This document shows positions 37,351 through 47,196 of a stretch of 64,000 bases of DNA, piece by piece (position 1 is the first letter of the stretch; every line of letters begins with the position of its first letter). Location: the NCBI GenBank assembly GCA_963662945.1, contig OY759974.1:1696001-1760000 (forward strand), read 5' to 3'. Source of the stretch: Arcobacteraceae bacterium. Its GTDB lineage: Bacteria; Campylobacterota; Campylobacteria; Campylobacterales; Arcobacteraceae. Made by a program: the position numbers and the translations under genes. The notes beneath the pieces were generated by a model. It was not told the origin of the DNA and did no database searches. It saw nothing but the letters and a program-made list of their open reading frames with translations.

Positions 37351-40164
37351 TTAAATATTAAGTATAATTATAAATTCTGCACCTTTATATTTTTTTCCCT
37401 CATGTTCAAAATCAGTATTTTGTGCGTGGATAGTTCCTTCCATCCCTTTTGTAATAAGGTTATAAGTCATATGAAGACCAAGTCCTGTTCCTTGACTTTT
37501 ATGTTTTGTAGTAAAATATGGATCAAATATTTTAGGAAGAATATCTTGGTTAATGCCCCCTCCATTATCTTTAAACTTGAGCATAATTTTATTGTTCTCT
37601 TTTTTTATGGTTATGAATATAAATTTATCTGTAATCTCTTTATTTGTATCCAATACATCTTTAGCATTGTTATAAATATTCATAAAACATTGGAGAAGTT
37701 CATTTTTATAGCCATTAATAATAACAGAGGAATCTATATTCTGGATAATATGAATATTATGGTTTTTTGTTGATGGTTCAATTAAATTGAGAAGACTTTC
37801 TATAAAATCATTTGCTTTGAATTTTGATTTTAGTCTGTCTCCTTTAATAAAATTTCTGAAGTCATCAATTGTTTTTGATAAATATTGTGCATTATTATCA
37901 ATTGCATCACAAGCATTATATAAAAAACTATCATCTAATACACCATATTCTTTTTGTACTTTAATTCCTGTTGCACTTGTAGAGATTACAGAAAGAGGTT
38001 GTCTCCATTGGTGTGCTATATTTCCTATCATTTCTCCCATTGAAACAAGTTTTGCTTGCTGAAGAAGTTGTTCTTCTTGTTGTTTTAATAAAGTAATATC
38101 AACAATACTTACAAGGCGAACATCTCTATTTTTTATATAATGTCCTCGTAATAAAACAGAAATAGTTGAATTGTCTTTTTTTAAAATGCGAAATTCATAT
38201 GGAAATGTATCATCTTTCATTAGATTTTCTTTTGCTATATGTTGATATTGTTCTGGAACAAATGAAAGAATATGTTTCCCAATAAGTTCTGCTTTTGAAC
38301 TATATCCTAAAATATCTACGCTACTTTGATTAACATCAATACAAATACCATTTTTAAAAATAGTAATACCTTCCATAGTTGCATTAATAATCTCATCAAA
38401 TTCTCTTAAAGATTTTTTGAGTAAATATTGTTTATAGAGAATAAAACCTAGGAAAATTAAAATAACAATAAGAATGTCAATGAAAAGTGTATAATCTATT
38501 GGTGAATCAAAAGGTTTTGAAAGCCACTTTTCATGGATAATTTTTTTAGATTCTTCTGAAATTTTGGAAAGAGTTTTGTCTAAAATATTTAAAAGCATTA
38601 TATTATCATCTCTTACAGCTATTCTAAGATCATAACTCATGCCTGAATATCCAGCTATTTGTAAGCTATTAAAATTATACATATTTTTATAATAAGATAA
38701 AACTGGTAAAGTTGCTATAGTAAAGTAAGCATCATCATTTTCTACAGCTTCAAATGCTTCTTTATAACTTTTTGTTTCAAGTATTTTAACACTAGGATAA
38801 AGAGTCTTTAATTGACTAATAAGACCACTATGTTCTTTTCTTGAAAGAGTGTTTTCTATAATTTGTTCAAGATTATTCACAAGAGGTTTATCATTTTTAG
38901 TAATAATAGCTAAATTATAACTTGAGTGAACTTTTGTAAAGTTGGCATATTTTGCTCTTTCTCTAGTTTTGATTACTGCTGGGAGAATATCACATTTTTT
39001 ATTTTTTAAATATTCTTGTGATTCTCCCCAAGATTTTGTTTTTATAAATTCAAATTGTAAACCAGTTTTCTCTCCAATAAGTTTTAACATATCAATAGAG
39101 ATACCATTTGGTTCACCATTTGTATTGGTGAACTCAATAGGTGCCCAATTTGGATTTGTACATACCTTTACTATTTTATTATCATTAATATAATTTATTT
39201 CCTTTTGTGTAAGTTCATTGTTATTAACATCAAGTTTGTAAATAGCATCACTAGATAGTAATTGGATTTTTGATAGTCCTAATAGTTTGTATATATCATA
39301 CATTCTTTCTAATTTTTCTTGTTTTATACTTCCAAGTTTAGTAGTACCATCATAAGCTAGCTTTTTGAGTTCTTTCCCTTCATATATTAAAGCATCTTTG
39401 GACTTGTGTAGTGAATTATATTTTTTATAAATGATTTCACTTGTTTCGTCAATATGTTCAAATGCATATTTCCACCCTTTGAGTGAGGCATAGGTGAATT
39501 GTTTTACTGCATTTGGATTGTTGTTTAATGTTTTTTTATTTGTAATTAAAATATCACTATAAAAATCAAAACCATACTTTTTGGGATTAAAAATAAGAGG
39601 ATCTCCTCCTAATTGTTTTAGAATGTATGGTTCATTTGAAATATATCCAACCATGGCATCTGCATAACCATTTTGTAAATCTTTAACATTAAAAGTTTGT
39701 TTTATAATATGTATATCGTCAAAAGAAATTTTTTGAGAAAATAACATTGATATAAGTGAAGCTTCTGTTTTTAAATCATCAGTTGCCATAATGTTTTTAT
39801 TTTTTAAATCTTTTAATGTTTTGATTCCTGACTTTTTATCAACTAATATCATTATTGGTGAAGATTGAAAAAGAGCTGCTAAAAATATAATGTCATTTTT
39901 ATTTGTATTATCCATAAATGCAGTCGATCTTACAATGGAAAATGTAGTTTTTTCTTTTATAACATCTTCAATCATATTTATATTATAGTCCCATTCTTTG
40001 ATGTCCACATCAAGTCCTACATCATTGTAAAAACCTTTCTCTTTTGCCATAATATATCCAGCAAATTGAAATTGATATTTCCATTGTAGTTGCAATGAAA
40101 CTTTCTCATTGGCAAGTAAAAAAATAGTAAGTATTTGCAGTGCTATAAGTATTTTTGTTAACAT
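37351..40164 (-). CDS. Sensor histidine kinase, paralogue with the same architecture
   Basis: LQLQWKYQFQFAGY, CTNPNWAP, EMIGNIAHQWRQPL, GTGLGL. Confidence 0.92.
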   Translation of the reverse strand: MLTKILIALQILTIFLLANEKVSLQLQWKYQFQFAGYIMAKEKGFYNDVGLDVDIKEWDYNINMIEDVIKEKTTFSIVRSTAFMDNTNKNDIIFLAALFQSSPIMILVDKKSGIKTLKDLKNKNIMATDDLKTEASLISMLFSQKISFDDIHIIKQTFNVKDLQNGYADAMVGYISNEPYILKQLGGDPLIFNPKKYGFDFYSDILITNKKTLNNNPNAVKQFTYASLKGWKYAFEHIDETSEIIYKKYNSLHKSKDALIYEGKELKKLAYDGTTKLGSIKQEKLERMYDIYKLLGLSKIQLLSSDAIYKLDVNNNELTQKEINYINDNKIVKVCTNPNWAPIEFTNTNGEPNGISIDMLKLIGEKTGLQFEFIKTKSWGESQEYLKNKKCDILPAVIKTRERAKYANFTKVHSSYNLAIITKNDKPLVNNLEQIIENTLSRKEHSGLISQLKTLYPSVKILETKSYKEAFEAVENDDAYFTIATLPVLSYYKNMYNFNSLQIAGYSGMSYDLRIAVRDDNIMLLNILDKTLSKISEESKKIIHEKWLSKPFDSPIDYTLFIDILIVILIFLGFILYKQYLLKKSLREFDEIINATMEGITIFKNGICIDVNQSSVDILGYSSKAELIGKHILSFVPEQYQHIAKENLMKDDTFPYEFRILKKDNSTISVLLRGHYIKNRDVRLVSIVDITLLKQQEEQLLQQAKLVSMGEMIGNIAHQWRQPLSVISTSATGIKVQKEYGVLDDSFLYNACDAIDNNAQYLSKTIDDFRNFIKGDRLKSKFKANDFIESLLNLIEPSTKNHNIHIIQNIDSSVIINGYKNELLQCFMNIYNNAKDVLDTNKEITDKFIFITIKKENNKIMLKFKDNGGGINQDILPKIFDPYFTTKHKSQGTGLGLHMTYNLITKGMEGTIHAQNTDFEHEGKKYKGAEFIIILNI

Positions 40165-40223
40165 TCAAAAAGTATAACTGAAACTCAATAAAATATTTAT
40201 TACATTTGTTGTATAATGACCAA
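40165..40223. promoter_or_regulatory. Back-to-back -10 boxes, each 6 nt from an ATG (probable leaderless transcripts)
   Basis: Minus TATACT (40176-40171)-6 nt-ATG (40164); plus TATAAT (40212-40217)-6 nt-ATG (40224); no Shine-Dalgarno. Confidence 0.55.
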
Positions 40224-41015
40224 ATGAATAAGAAAAGAATTTTTTTAACAAATGATGATGGTTGGGATGCAAAAGGTTTGAAAAAACTTATAGAGGCTTT
40301 GAGCCCAATAGCAAGTTTAACAATAGTTGCACCAGCAACAGAAAAATCAGCTTCAGCACATAGTATGACATTGACACGTCCAATGAAACTTTTAAGTGTG
40401 GATGATGATTATTATAAAATGGATGATGGTACACCAACTGATTGTGTTTTTATAGGGTTAAATAATCTTTTTTCAGATGATGATAAACCAGATTTGGTAA
40501 TTAGTGGTATAAATATTGGTTCAAATATGGGTGAAGATATTACTTATAGTGGAACAGTTGCAGGTGCCAGTGAAGCAGTTCTTCAAGGTGTTCCTGCTAT
40601 TGCAATTAGTCAGGTTTTCAATGATTTGAATAATGTAAATAAAGATGCTTGGGAATATGAACTAGCTTGTAGTGTGATAAAAGATATAGCACAAAAAATT
40701 TTAACAGGTAGTTTCCCTTTAGGAAAGAGAAAATTACTGAATATTAATATCCCACCTTGTGGTATTGGAGAGTGTAAAGGAATAAAAGTTACAAATGCAG
40801 GGTATAGAGAATATGGAAATGATTCTCATAGATATATAAGCCCAAGAGGTGAAGAGGTTTATTGGATAGGGTTGCATCCATTGATTTGGCAAAAAGTGGA
40901 TGGAAAAATGTGTGATTTTGAAGCTATAAAGGAAAATTATGTTTCAATTACACCAGTACAACTTGATATGACAAGTTACGAAGATATAGAAAATTTGAAG
41001 GAATGGATGAGATGA
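40224..41015 (+). CDS. surE: 5'/3'-nucleotidase SurE
   Basis: LTNDDG, GTPTDCV, SGINIGSNMGEDITYSGTV; ATG 40224 preferred over TTG 40206. Confidence 0.95.
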   Translation: MNKKRIFLTNDDGWDAKGLKKLIEALSPIASLTIVAPATEKSASAHSMTLTRPMKLLSVDDDYYKMDDGTPTDCVFIGLNNLFSDDDKPDLVISGINIGSNMGEDITYSGTVAGASEAVLQGVPAIAISQVFNDLNNVNKDAWEYELACSVIKDIAQKILTGSFPLGKRKLLNINIPPCGIGECKGIKVTNAGYREYGNDSHRYISPRGEEVYWIGLHPLIWQKVDGKMCDFEAIKENYVSITPVQLDMTSYEDIENLKEWMR

Positions 41016-41278
41016 AAAATACCTTTTATGATGAATTATTAGGTGATATAAACAAATTAGTTGGTGATTTAAAAGATGAAAATGAATTGATTAAAATTTT
41101 GAAGAAAAGACTAACTAAAAAAGAATTTAGATATTATAAATTAAAAGTAGAAAATGCTACAACAAAAGATATGTTAAAAGAACTTGGTGTTGATAATGAA
41201 AGATTTGAAGAGATAGAAGTACAAACTATTCATAAACTAAATCAAGAAAAAATTAAACAGGAATTAGTGAAGTCATGA
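41012..41278 (+). CDS. Small hypothetical protein, possible HTH
   Basis: ATGA overlap with surE; LKKRLTKKEF. Confidence 0.75.
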   Translation: MKNTFYDELLGDINKLVGDLKDENELIKILKKRLTKKEFRYYKLKVENATTKDMLKELGVDNERFEEIEVQTIHKLNQEKIKQELVKS

Positions 41279-42405
41279 GTTTTATAAAAGCAATTATATT
41301 TTTTGCTTTAGGTATGCTACTTTTTACTGGGTGTGCCACAAAAATTGAACAAAAACCACATTTATCCAAAGCAAATCTCCAAGAGGTTTCTTGGGATGAT
41401 ATGGAAGGTTTTGAAAATGATAATTTAGACCTTTCTTTAGAAGTTTTTAAAAAAGCTTGTACAAAATCTCAAAGATATGATACGTTAAAAGATATTTGTA
41501 TTAAAGCTAATCAGCTTGATATTAGTAATCCAAAAAAATTTTTTACAGAATATTTTACACCTTATAAGTTATTAGATAATAATAATGACCAAGAAGGATT
41601 AATTACTGGCTATTATGAACCTATTTTAAATGGTAGTTTAGTGAAAAATAATACCTATAAATATCCTATATTTAAAACACCAAATGACCTTTTAACTGTA
41701 GATTTTAGTAGTTTATATCCTGAATTAAAAAACTATAAATTAAGAGGAAAGCTTATTGGAAATAGAGTTGTTCCGTATGATAGTAGAGAAGAAATAGAAT
41801 CAAAAAATGGTTTAGAACCTATATGTTATGTTGATGACAAAATTGATTTGTTTTTTTTACATATTCAAGGAAGTGGAAAAGTTAAACTTCAAGATGGAAC
41901 GATTATAAATGTTGGATATGCACAACAAAATGGGCGAGGATATTATCCAATAGGAAGAAAACTTATAGAAGAAGGTTTTATTGCACAAGAGGATATGTCT
42001 TTACAATCTATAAAAAAATGGCTTAAAGAAAATCCAAGCAAAATGGATGAGTTACTAAATCTTAATGAAAGTTATATCTTTTTTACGAAAAGTGATAAAA
42101 CAGCAACAGGAAGTTTAGGGGTTCCATTAGTTGCAAATAGAAATTTAGCTGTTGATAGAAGTTATATTCCTTTAGGATTTCCTGTATTTATAGATACAAC
42201 GAATCCTCTGGATGAAACACCAATTCAACAGCTTATGGTAGCAGCAGATACAGGTGGTGCAATTAAAGGAGAAATACGAGCAGATTTTTTCTTTGGTAAT
42301 GGTAAACAGGCAGAAAAACTAGCTGGTATAATGAAACAAAAGGGAAGTTTGTATATACTTATACCAAATAATATAAAAGATAAAGATGCAAACGATGAAG
42401 GATAA
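41275..42405 (+). CDS. mltA: Membrane-bound lytic murein transglycosylase A
   Basis: Lipobox FTGC; ITGYYEP, HIQGSG, AVD, DTGGAIKG...DFFFG. Confidence 0.93.
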   Translation: MSFIKAIIFFALGMLLFTGCATKIEQKPHLSKANLQEVSWDDMEGFENDNLDLSLEVFKKACTKSQRYDTLKDICIKANQLDISNPKKFFTEYFTPYKLLDNNNDQEGLITGYYEPILNGSLVKNNTYKYPIFKTPNDLLTVDFSSLYPELKNYKLRGKLIGNRVVPYDSREEIESKNGLEPICYVDDKIDLFFLHIQGSGKVKLQDGTIINVGYAQQNGRGYYPIGRKLIEEGFIAQEDMSLQSIKKWLKENPSKMDELLNLNESYIFFTKSDKTATGSLGVPLVANRNLAVDRSYIPLGFPVFIDTTNPLDETPIQQLMVAADTGGAIKGEIRADFFFGNGKQAEKLAGIMKQKGSLYILIPNNIKDKDANDEG

Positions 42406-42408
42406 AGA

Positions 42409-43221
42409 GTGCATATAACAAATAAAATTTCTAATTTATTTCATAAATTTGCAACTTATGAATTTCCTAAAACAATACAAACGATTATTAATAACGGCTA
42501 TGTAAAGATACTTGGACTTGATATGAGAGAGTTTAATGACCCAAGTAGTTATAAAACTTTAAATAAACTTTTTACTAGAGAATTAAATACTCCAAGAGCT
42601 GTTGAACATAGTTTAGATAATTTTATAAGTCCAGCAGATAGTTTTGTAACACAATGTGGTGCAATAGAAAATGAAACTTCTTGTCAAATCAAAGGAATGA
42701 GTTATAGTGTAAGAGAATTACTTACGGATGAAGTTTTATATGATGATTTTGAAAAATTAAAAGATGGGGCTTACGCAAATTTTTATTTAAGTCCAAAAGA
42801 TTATCATAGATATCATGCTATTTATAATTGTCAAATTACTAAACTTATTCATGTACCAGGTAAATTATATCCTGTAAATTTTACCTATTTAAAAAAACAA
42901 GAGAATCTTTTTATTGAAAATGAAAGAGTTATTTTAGAGTGTAAAACAGATAATAATAAACTTTTTTATATGGTTTTTGTTGGTGCACTAAATGTGGGTA
43001 AGATGGTATTTACTTTTGAAGATAAAGTACATACTAATAGTGATATTATTTATCCTCAAGTGTATAAATATGAAGATTTACACGTAAAAAAAGGGGATTG
43101 TTTAGGATATTTCGAAATGGGCTCTACCGTGTTGGTATTCTGGGAAAAAGATATGGTTAAACTGGATAATATAATAAATACAAAAGTGAAATTTTCAGAT
43201 ATTATCGCAACAGTAAATTGA
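42409..43221 (+). CDS. psd: Phosphatidylserine decarboxylase
   Basis: FTREL, ISPAD, QIKG, YLSPKDYHRYH, GALNVG, FEMGST. Confidence 0.95.
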   Translation: MHITNKISNLFHKFATYEFPKTIQTIINNGYVKILGLDMREFNDPSSYKTLNKLFTRELNTPRAVEHSLDNFISPADSFVTQCGAIENETSCQIKGMSYSVRELLTDEVLYDDFEKLKDGAYANFYLSPKDYHRYHAIYNCQITKLIHVPGKLYPVNFTYLKKQENLFIENERVILECKTDNNKLFYMVFVGALNVGKMVFTFEDKVHTNSDIIYPQVYKYEDLHVKKGDCLGYFEMGSTVLVFWEKDMVKLDNIINTKVKFSDIIATVN

Positions 43222-43231
43222 AATAGATAAA

Positions 43232-44176
43232 ATGGCTAAAGTTGCGTATAGATTTAAAATAGCGATATTGCTAACTTTTTCGACTGTTTTATTTTCAAAA
43301 GAGTTAATTACTCCAATACCTTTGGAGATAGAATATAACAAAAATAAAGCAGCTTTAGGAAAAAAACTTTTTTTTGATACAAGACTTAGTAAAGATGATA
43401 GTGTAAGTTGTGCAAGTTGTCATATGCTAGAATCAGGTGGTGATGATAATTTACAATTTTCAGTTGGAATCAATGGACAAGTTGGTGGTATAAATGCGCC
43501 AACTGTTTATAATAGTGTTTTTAATATAGCACAGTTTTGGGATGGACGAGCAAAAAATCTACAAGAACAAGCGCACGGTCCAGTAGAAAATCCTATTGAG
43601 ATGGGCGAAAACTTTAAAAATGTAATAAACAAACTAGAAAAAGATACGCATTTAGTAAAAGAATTTAAGAGAATATATAAAGAAGGTATAACAGCCAACA
43701 GTATAACCGATGCAATTGCACATTTTGAAACTACTTTAATTACACCAAATTCTTCTTTTGATAAATACCTTAGAGGGGATGAAAATGCACTTGGAAAAGA
43801 GGAAAAAGAGGGTTACAAACTTTTTGTAGAGTATGGCTGCATTTCATGTCATAATGGTGTAAATATTGGAGGAAATCTTTTTCAAAAAATTGGATTGATT
43901 AAAGAATTTGATACTTCTGTCAAATCATTGGGTAAATTTGATGTTACTGGGAACAAAGCTGATATAAACTATTTTAAAGTACCAACCCTAAGAAATATCT
44001 CTAAAACAGCGCCATATTTTCATGATGGTTCTGTTTCTGATTTAAAGACGGCTGTTGAAGTTATGTTAAATATTCAATTGGGAATTGTTACTTCTTCTGA
44101 GGATGTGAAGAAAATAGTAAAATTTTTAGAAACTTTGGACGGTGAATTTCCTACAATGGAACAGGGTAATAACTAG
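43232..44176 (+). CDS. Dihaem cytochrome c peroxidase / MauG family
   Basis: LFFDTRLS, CASCH, QFWDGRA, NPIEM, CISCH, FKVPTLRN, APYFHDG. Confidence 0.92.
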   Translation: MAKVAYRFKIAILLTFSTVLFSKELITPIPLEIEYNKNKAALGKKLFFDTRLSKDDSVSCASCHMLESGGDDNLQFSVGINGQVGGINAPTVYNSVFNIAQFWDGRAKNLQEQAHGPVENPIEMGENFKNVINKLEKDTHLVKEFKRIYKEGITANSITDAIAHFETTLITPNSSFDKYLRGDENALGKEEKEGYKLFVEYGCISCHNGVNIGGNLFQKIGLIKEFDTSVKSLGKFDVTGNKADINYFKVPTLRNISKTAPYFHDGSVSDLKTAVEVMLNIQLGIVTSSEDVKKIVKFLETLDGEFPTMEQGNN

Positions 44177-44177
44177 T

Positions 44178-46040
44178 ATGAAAAAACCAATTATATTTGC
44201 AACTCTTTTTTTAATCGGATTATTAGTTTTAGCATATAATAAATATGATACGAAAGAGAAAATAACGAATTATTTTTATATTAGTGAGAAACTTGAAAAA
44301 ATTTATACTCTCAATAATAATTTAGATCTTTTTAAAAGAAATATTTTAAACTACAATAATTATGATCATATTGAAAAAGATATAAAAGATATAGAAGAAA
44401 ACTTTGTATTTATTGCCTCAAATAAGTCCATAACAAATACCTCTTTTAAATTAAATCTAGAAAAATTACAACAAGATTTTGCAAAAAAAATCTTTATAAT
44501 TCAAAAAATAAAATCTTATAATGCTATTTTAAATAATTCTTTTCGATATATTCAAAAATTAAAATATAAAATTCAGTCAAGAAAATTGATAGAGTTATAC
44601 TTTACAGTTTCTACTTTGGATAAAACTACAAATATAGATTATAATAAATATTTGAAGGAGATAGAAACACTTCAAGTGGTCAATAGTTCTGAAAAACTAT
44701 TTTTAGCTCATACTAAAATTTTATTAAATTATTTTCAAAGTACAACAGAGATATTAGAAGAGGAAAATAATTTACAAATATTAGAAAAATTAAATAATTT
44801 AATATTGGAATATGATACTTTATCTCATAACAATATAAATAAAGCACATATGTTGGTTGCTATATTATTTATCCTTTTGATCCTTTCTATATTTTTATAT
44901 TTGTATGATGCATATAAAATACATGTAAAGCAAAAAGATTTACGAAAATTTAGAAGTACTATTGAAAATAGTGATAATATCATTATTATAACTGATCAAT
45001 ATGAAAATATAAAGTTTGTAAATAAAGCATTTACACAAAATTATGGTTACACAATCAAAGATGTAAAAGGAAAAAAACCTTCGATATTAAAATCTGGTGA
45101 ACATGATGAACAATTTTATAAAGAACTTCACGATACTATTCATAGTGGTAAAAAGTGGATAGGAACATTTATTAATCTCAATAAATCAGGGCAAAAACAA
45201 TATGAAAAAGCTTCGATAACTCCTATACTTGACACTAATGGAGAGATTGAAGAGTTTGTTGCTATTAAACTTAATATTACAAAAGAGATAGAAACTCAGC
45301 AAGCTTTACGAGAAAGTGAACAGATTATGATGCAACAGTCAAAAATGGCAAGTATGGGTGAAATGCTTTCCAATATTGCTCATCAATGGAGACAACCTTT
45401 ATCTATAATTTCAACAGTGGCAAGTGGTGTTAAAATGAAAAAACAATTTGCCACTATAGGAGATGATGAATTAATAAAATATATGGATGATATTGGTAAT
45501 TCTGTTGAGTTTTTATCAAAAACTATAGATGATTTTAGTGATTTTTTTAAACCAGATAAACAAAAAGTAAAATTTACAGCTTCTAGTGTAGTAGATAGAA
45601 GTGTAAAAATTTTAGATGCAACATTAAAAAACAATGATATTGAAGTGATAAAAAAAGTTCAAGACATTGAGTTGAATCAACTTGATGGGGAGCTTATGCA
45701 GGTTTTAATAAATATTTTAAATAACGCAAAAGATATTTTAAAAGAGAATAAAGTTGACCATAAAAAAATATTAATAAAAGTTTCACAAAAGAATAATCGA
45801 GCAATTTTTATTATTCATGATAATGGAGGCGGTGTTCCTGCGAATATTATTGATCATATTTTTGAACCATACTTTACAACAAAACATAAATCACAAGGTA
45901 CAGGAATTGGTTTATATATGTCTCATCAAATTATCACAAAACATATGAATGGATTTATTAGTGTTGAAAATGCACCAATTACTTATGAAGATGTGGAGTA
46001 TTTTGGTGCAAAATTTATAGTTGATATTCCTATTGTGTAA
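44178..46040 (+). CDS. Sensor histidine kinase: helical periplasmic (DAHL-like) domain + PAS + HisKA/HATPase
   Basis: Two TM helices flanking a helical domain with NYDHI; PAS GKKPSILKSG; AHQWRQPL; ATG 1 nt after the ccp stop. Confidence 0.88.
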   Translation: MKKPIIFATLFLIGLLVLAYNKYDTKEKITNYFYISEKLEKIYTLNNNLDLFKRNILNYNNYDHIEKDIKDIEENFVFIASNKSITNTSFKLNLEKLQQDFAKKIFIIQKIKSYNAILNNSFRYIQKLKYKIQSRKLIELYFTVSTLDKTTNIDYNKYLKEIETLQVVNSSEKLFLAHTKILLNYFQSTTEILEEENNLQILEKLNNLILEYDTLSHNNINKAHMLVAILFILLILSIFLYLYDAYKIHVKQKDLRKFRSTIENSDNIIIITDQYENIKFVNKAFTQNYGYTIKDVKGKKPSILKSGEHDEQFYKELHDTIHSGKKWIGTFINLNKSGQKQYEKASITPILDTNGEIEEFVAIKLNITKEIETQQALRESEQIMMQQSKMASMGEMLSNIAHQWRQPLSIISTVASGVKMKKQFATIGDDELIKYMDDIGNSVEFLSKTIDDFSDFFKPDKQKVKFTASSVVDRSVKILDATLKNNDIEVIKKVQDIELNQLDGELMQVLINILNNAKDILKENKVDHKKILIKVSQKNNRAIFIIHDNGGGVPANIIDHIFEPYFTTKHKSQGTGIGLYMSHQIITKHMNGFISVENAPITYEDVEYFGAKFIVDIPIV

Positions 46041-46877
46041 CTATATTATTTTTTGATGCAGTATTGAACAGTTTGGCAATTCTTTTTTTTCTGAATTTGT
46101 AGCATTTTCTAAAATATTTTCAAAACTATATTTTGAATTGTCGTAAATATAGACAAAAATCTCATCACCGATTTCTAAAAAGGTGTTTTCCCCAAATTCT
46201 GTATAACTTGTAGCACCAATACTTATAACCATGCCTTGCGGATAATTAGATTGTTGTATATAAGTATGTAAATCTTCTAATGGATCAGAATCTTTTTGAT
46301 TGTTGAGTTTTTCTATAATCCAATTTTTTAATTGAGTGTGAAAATAGTTGTAAGTTTTTACAGGACTATCTTCGCCATAAGGATAAACAATACCATCTCT
46401 TTTTAAAAAAGAGGCAATATTATAATTATCCATAATACCCCCTTCTTCAAATGTATCTATAGGGATAATTTGTGAAGAGATACCTTTTGTTTCTTCTCCC
46501 CAATTCTTTTTCTCACTTATTTTTTTTGCTCCTTCTTTTCTGATACTACAATCATTATAAGCAGTAAAAAAGTTTGGAATAATATCTTTCACTTTTTTAT
46601 TTTCATAAATAACTTCGCAAATAAGTGCTACTTCTGGTTCCATTTGAAGATTTCCCTCTTTAGTTCGAGGATGTCTAATATTTTGACTAGAAAGTGGATA
46701 TATTCCTAAAAATGTTTCACTGCTTGGAAGATAAAAAGGAAATATTCCTTTAGGAGCTTTTTCATCATCGACTTGTACATTTACAAAATCACTCGCTTCT
46801 CCAGCTTGTTCTAAATGGTGTGCAAAATTCCCTGCAACTCCAAAACCTATAAATTTTTTTAAATGTTCTTTACTCAT
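46041..46877 (-). CDS. Conserved hypothetical protein (DUF5718-like)
   Basis: GFGVAGNFAHHLEQAGE, QMEPEVAL, AYNDCSIR, KKNWG. Confidence 0.7.
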   Translation of the reverse strand: MSKEHLKKFIGFGVAGNFAHHLEQAGEASDFVNVQVDDEKAPKGIFPFYLPSSETFLGIYPLSSQNIRHPRTKEGNLQMEPEVALICEVIYENKKVKDIIPNFFTAYNDCSIRKEGAKKISEKKNWGEETKGISSQIIPIDTFEEGGIMDNYNIASFLKRDGIVYPYGEDSPVKTYNYFHTQLKNWIIEKLNNQKDSDPLEDLHTYIQQSNYPQGMVISIGATSYTEFGENTFLEIGDEIFVYIYDNSKYSFENILENATNSEKKELPNCSILHQKII

Positions 46878-46972
46878 ATTGCTCTTTTCTTAACGGATAT
46901 TAAAAATAATTTTTTGATTGTAACATAATTTTTTTTATGCTAGTATATTAGAAACAAAAATAAGGATAAATT

Positions 46973-47188
46973 ATGTCAACAACAACACCAATAGAAACAA
47001 TTGATTTAAGTGGAACAAAAGAGGGTATTATAAGTATAGTGAATATTACAGAACCTTATGGTGCTGGAACTGATACCGTTACAAGTATTGGAATTGCATT
47101 AGTTGGTGATGATGTAGAGTGGAAAGTACATATTCCTCAAGAAAACTTAGATGCAGTTATTGAGGCTCTTAAAAAAGCAAAACTGTAA
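46973..47188 (+). CDS. Small hypothetical protein
   Basis: AAGGA RBS; 71 aa; WKVHIP. Confidence 0.7.
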   Translation: MSTTTPIETIDLSGTKEGIISIVNITEPYGAGTDTVTSIGIALVGDDVEWKVHIPQENLDAVIEALKKAKL

Positions 47189-47196
47189 AATAATAT

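Noticed and set aside
34340..45925. Similar DNA stretches at three loci encoding AHQWRQPL and TTKHKSQGTG
   Set aside because: Conserved H-box and G-box of paralogous histidine kinases, not a mobile repeat
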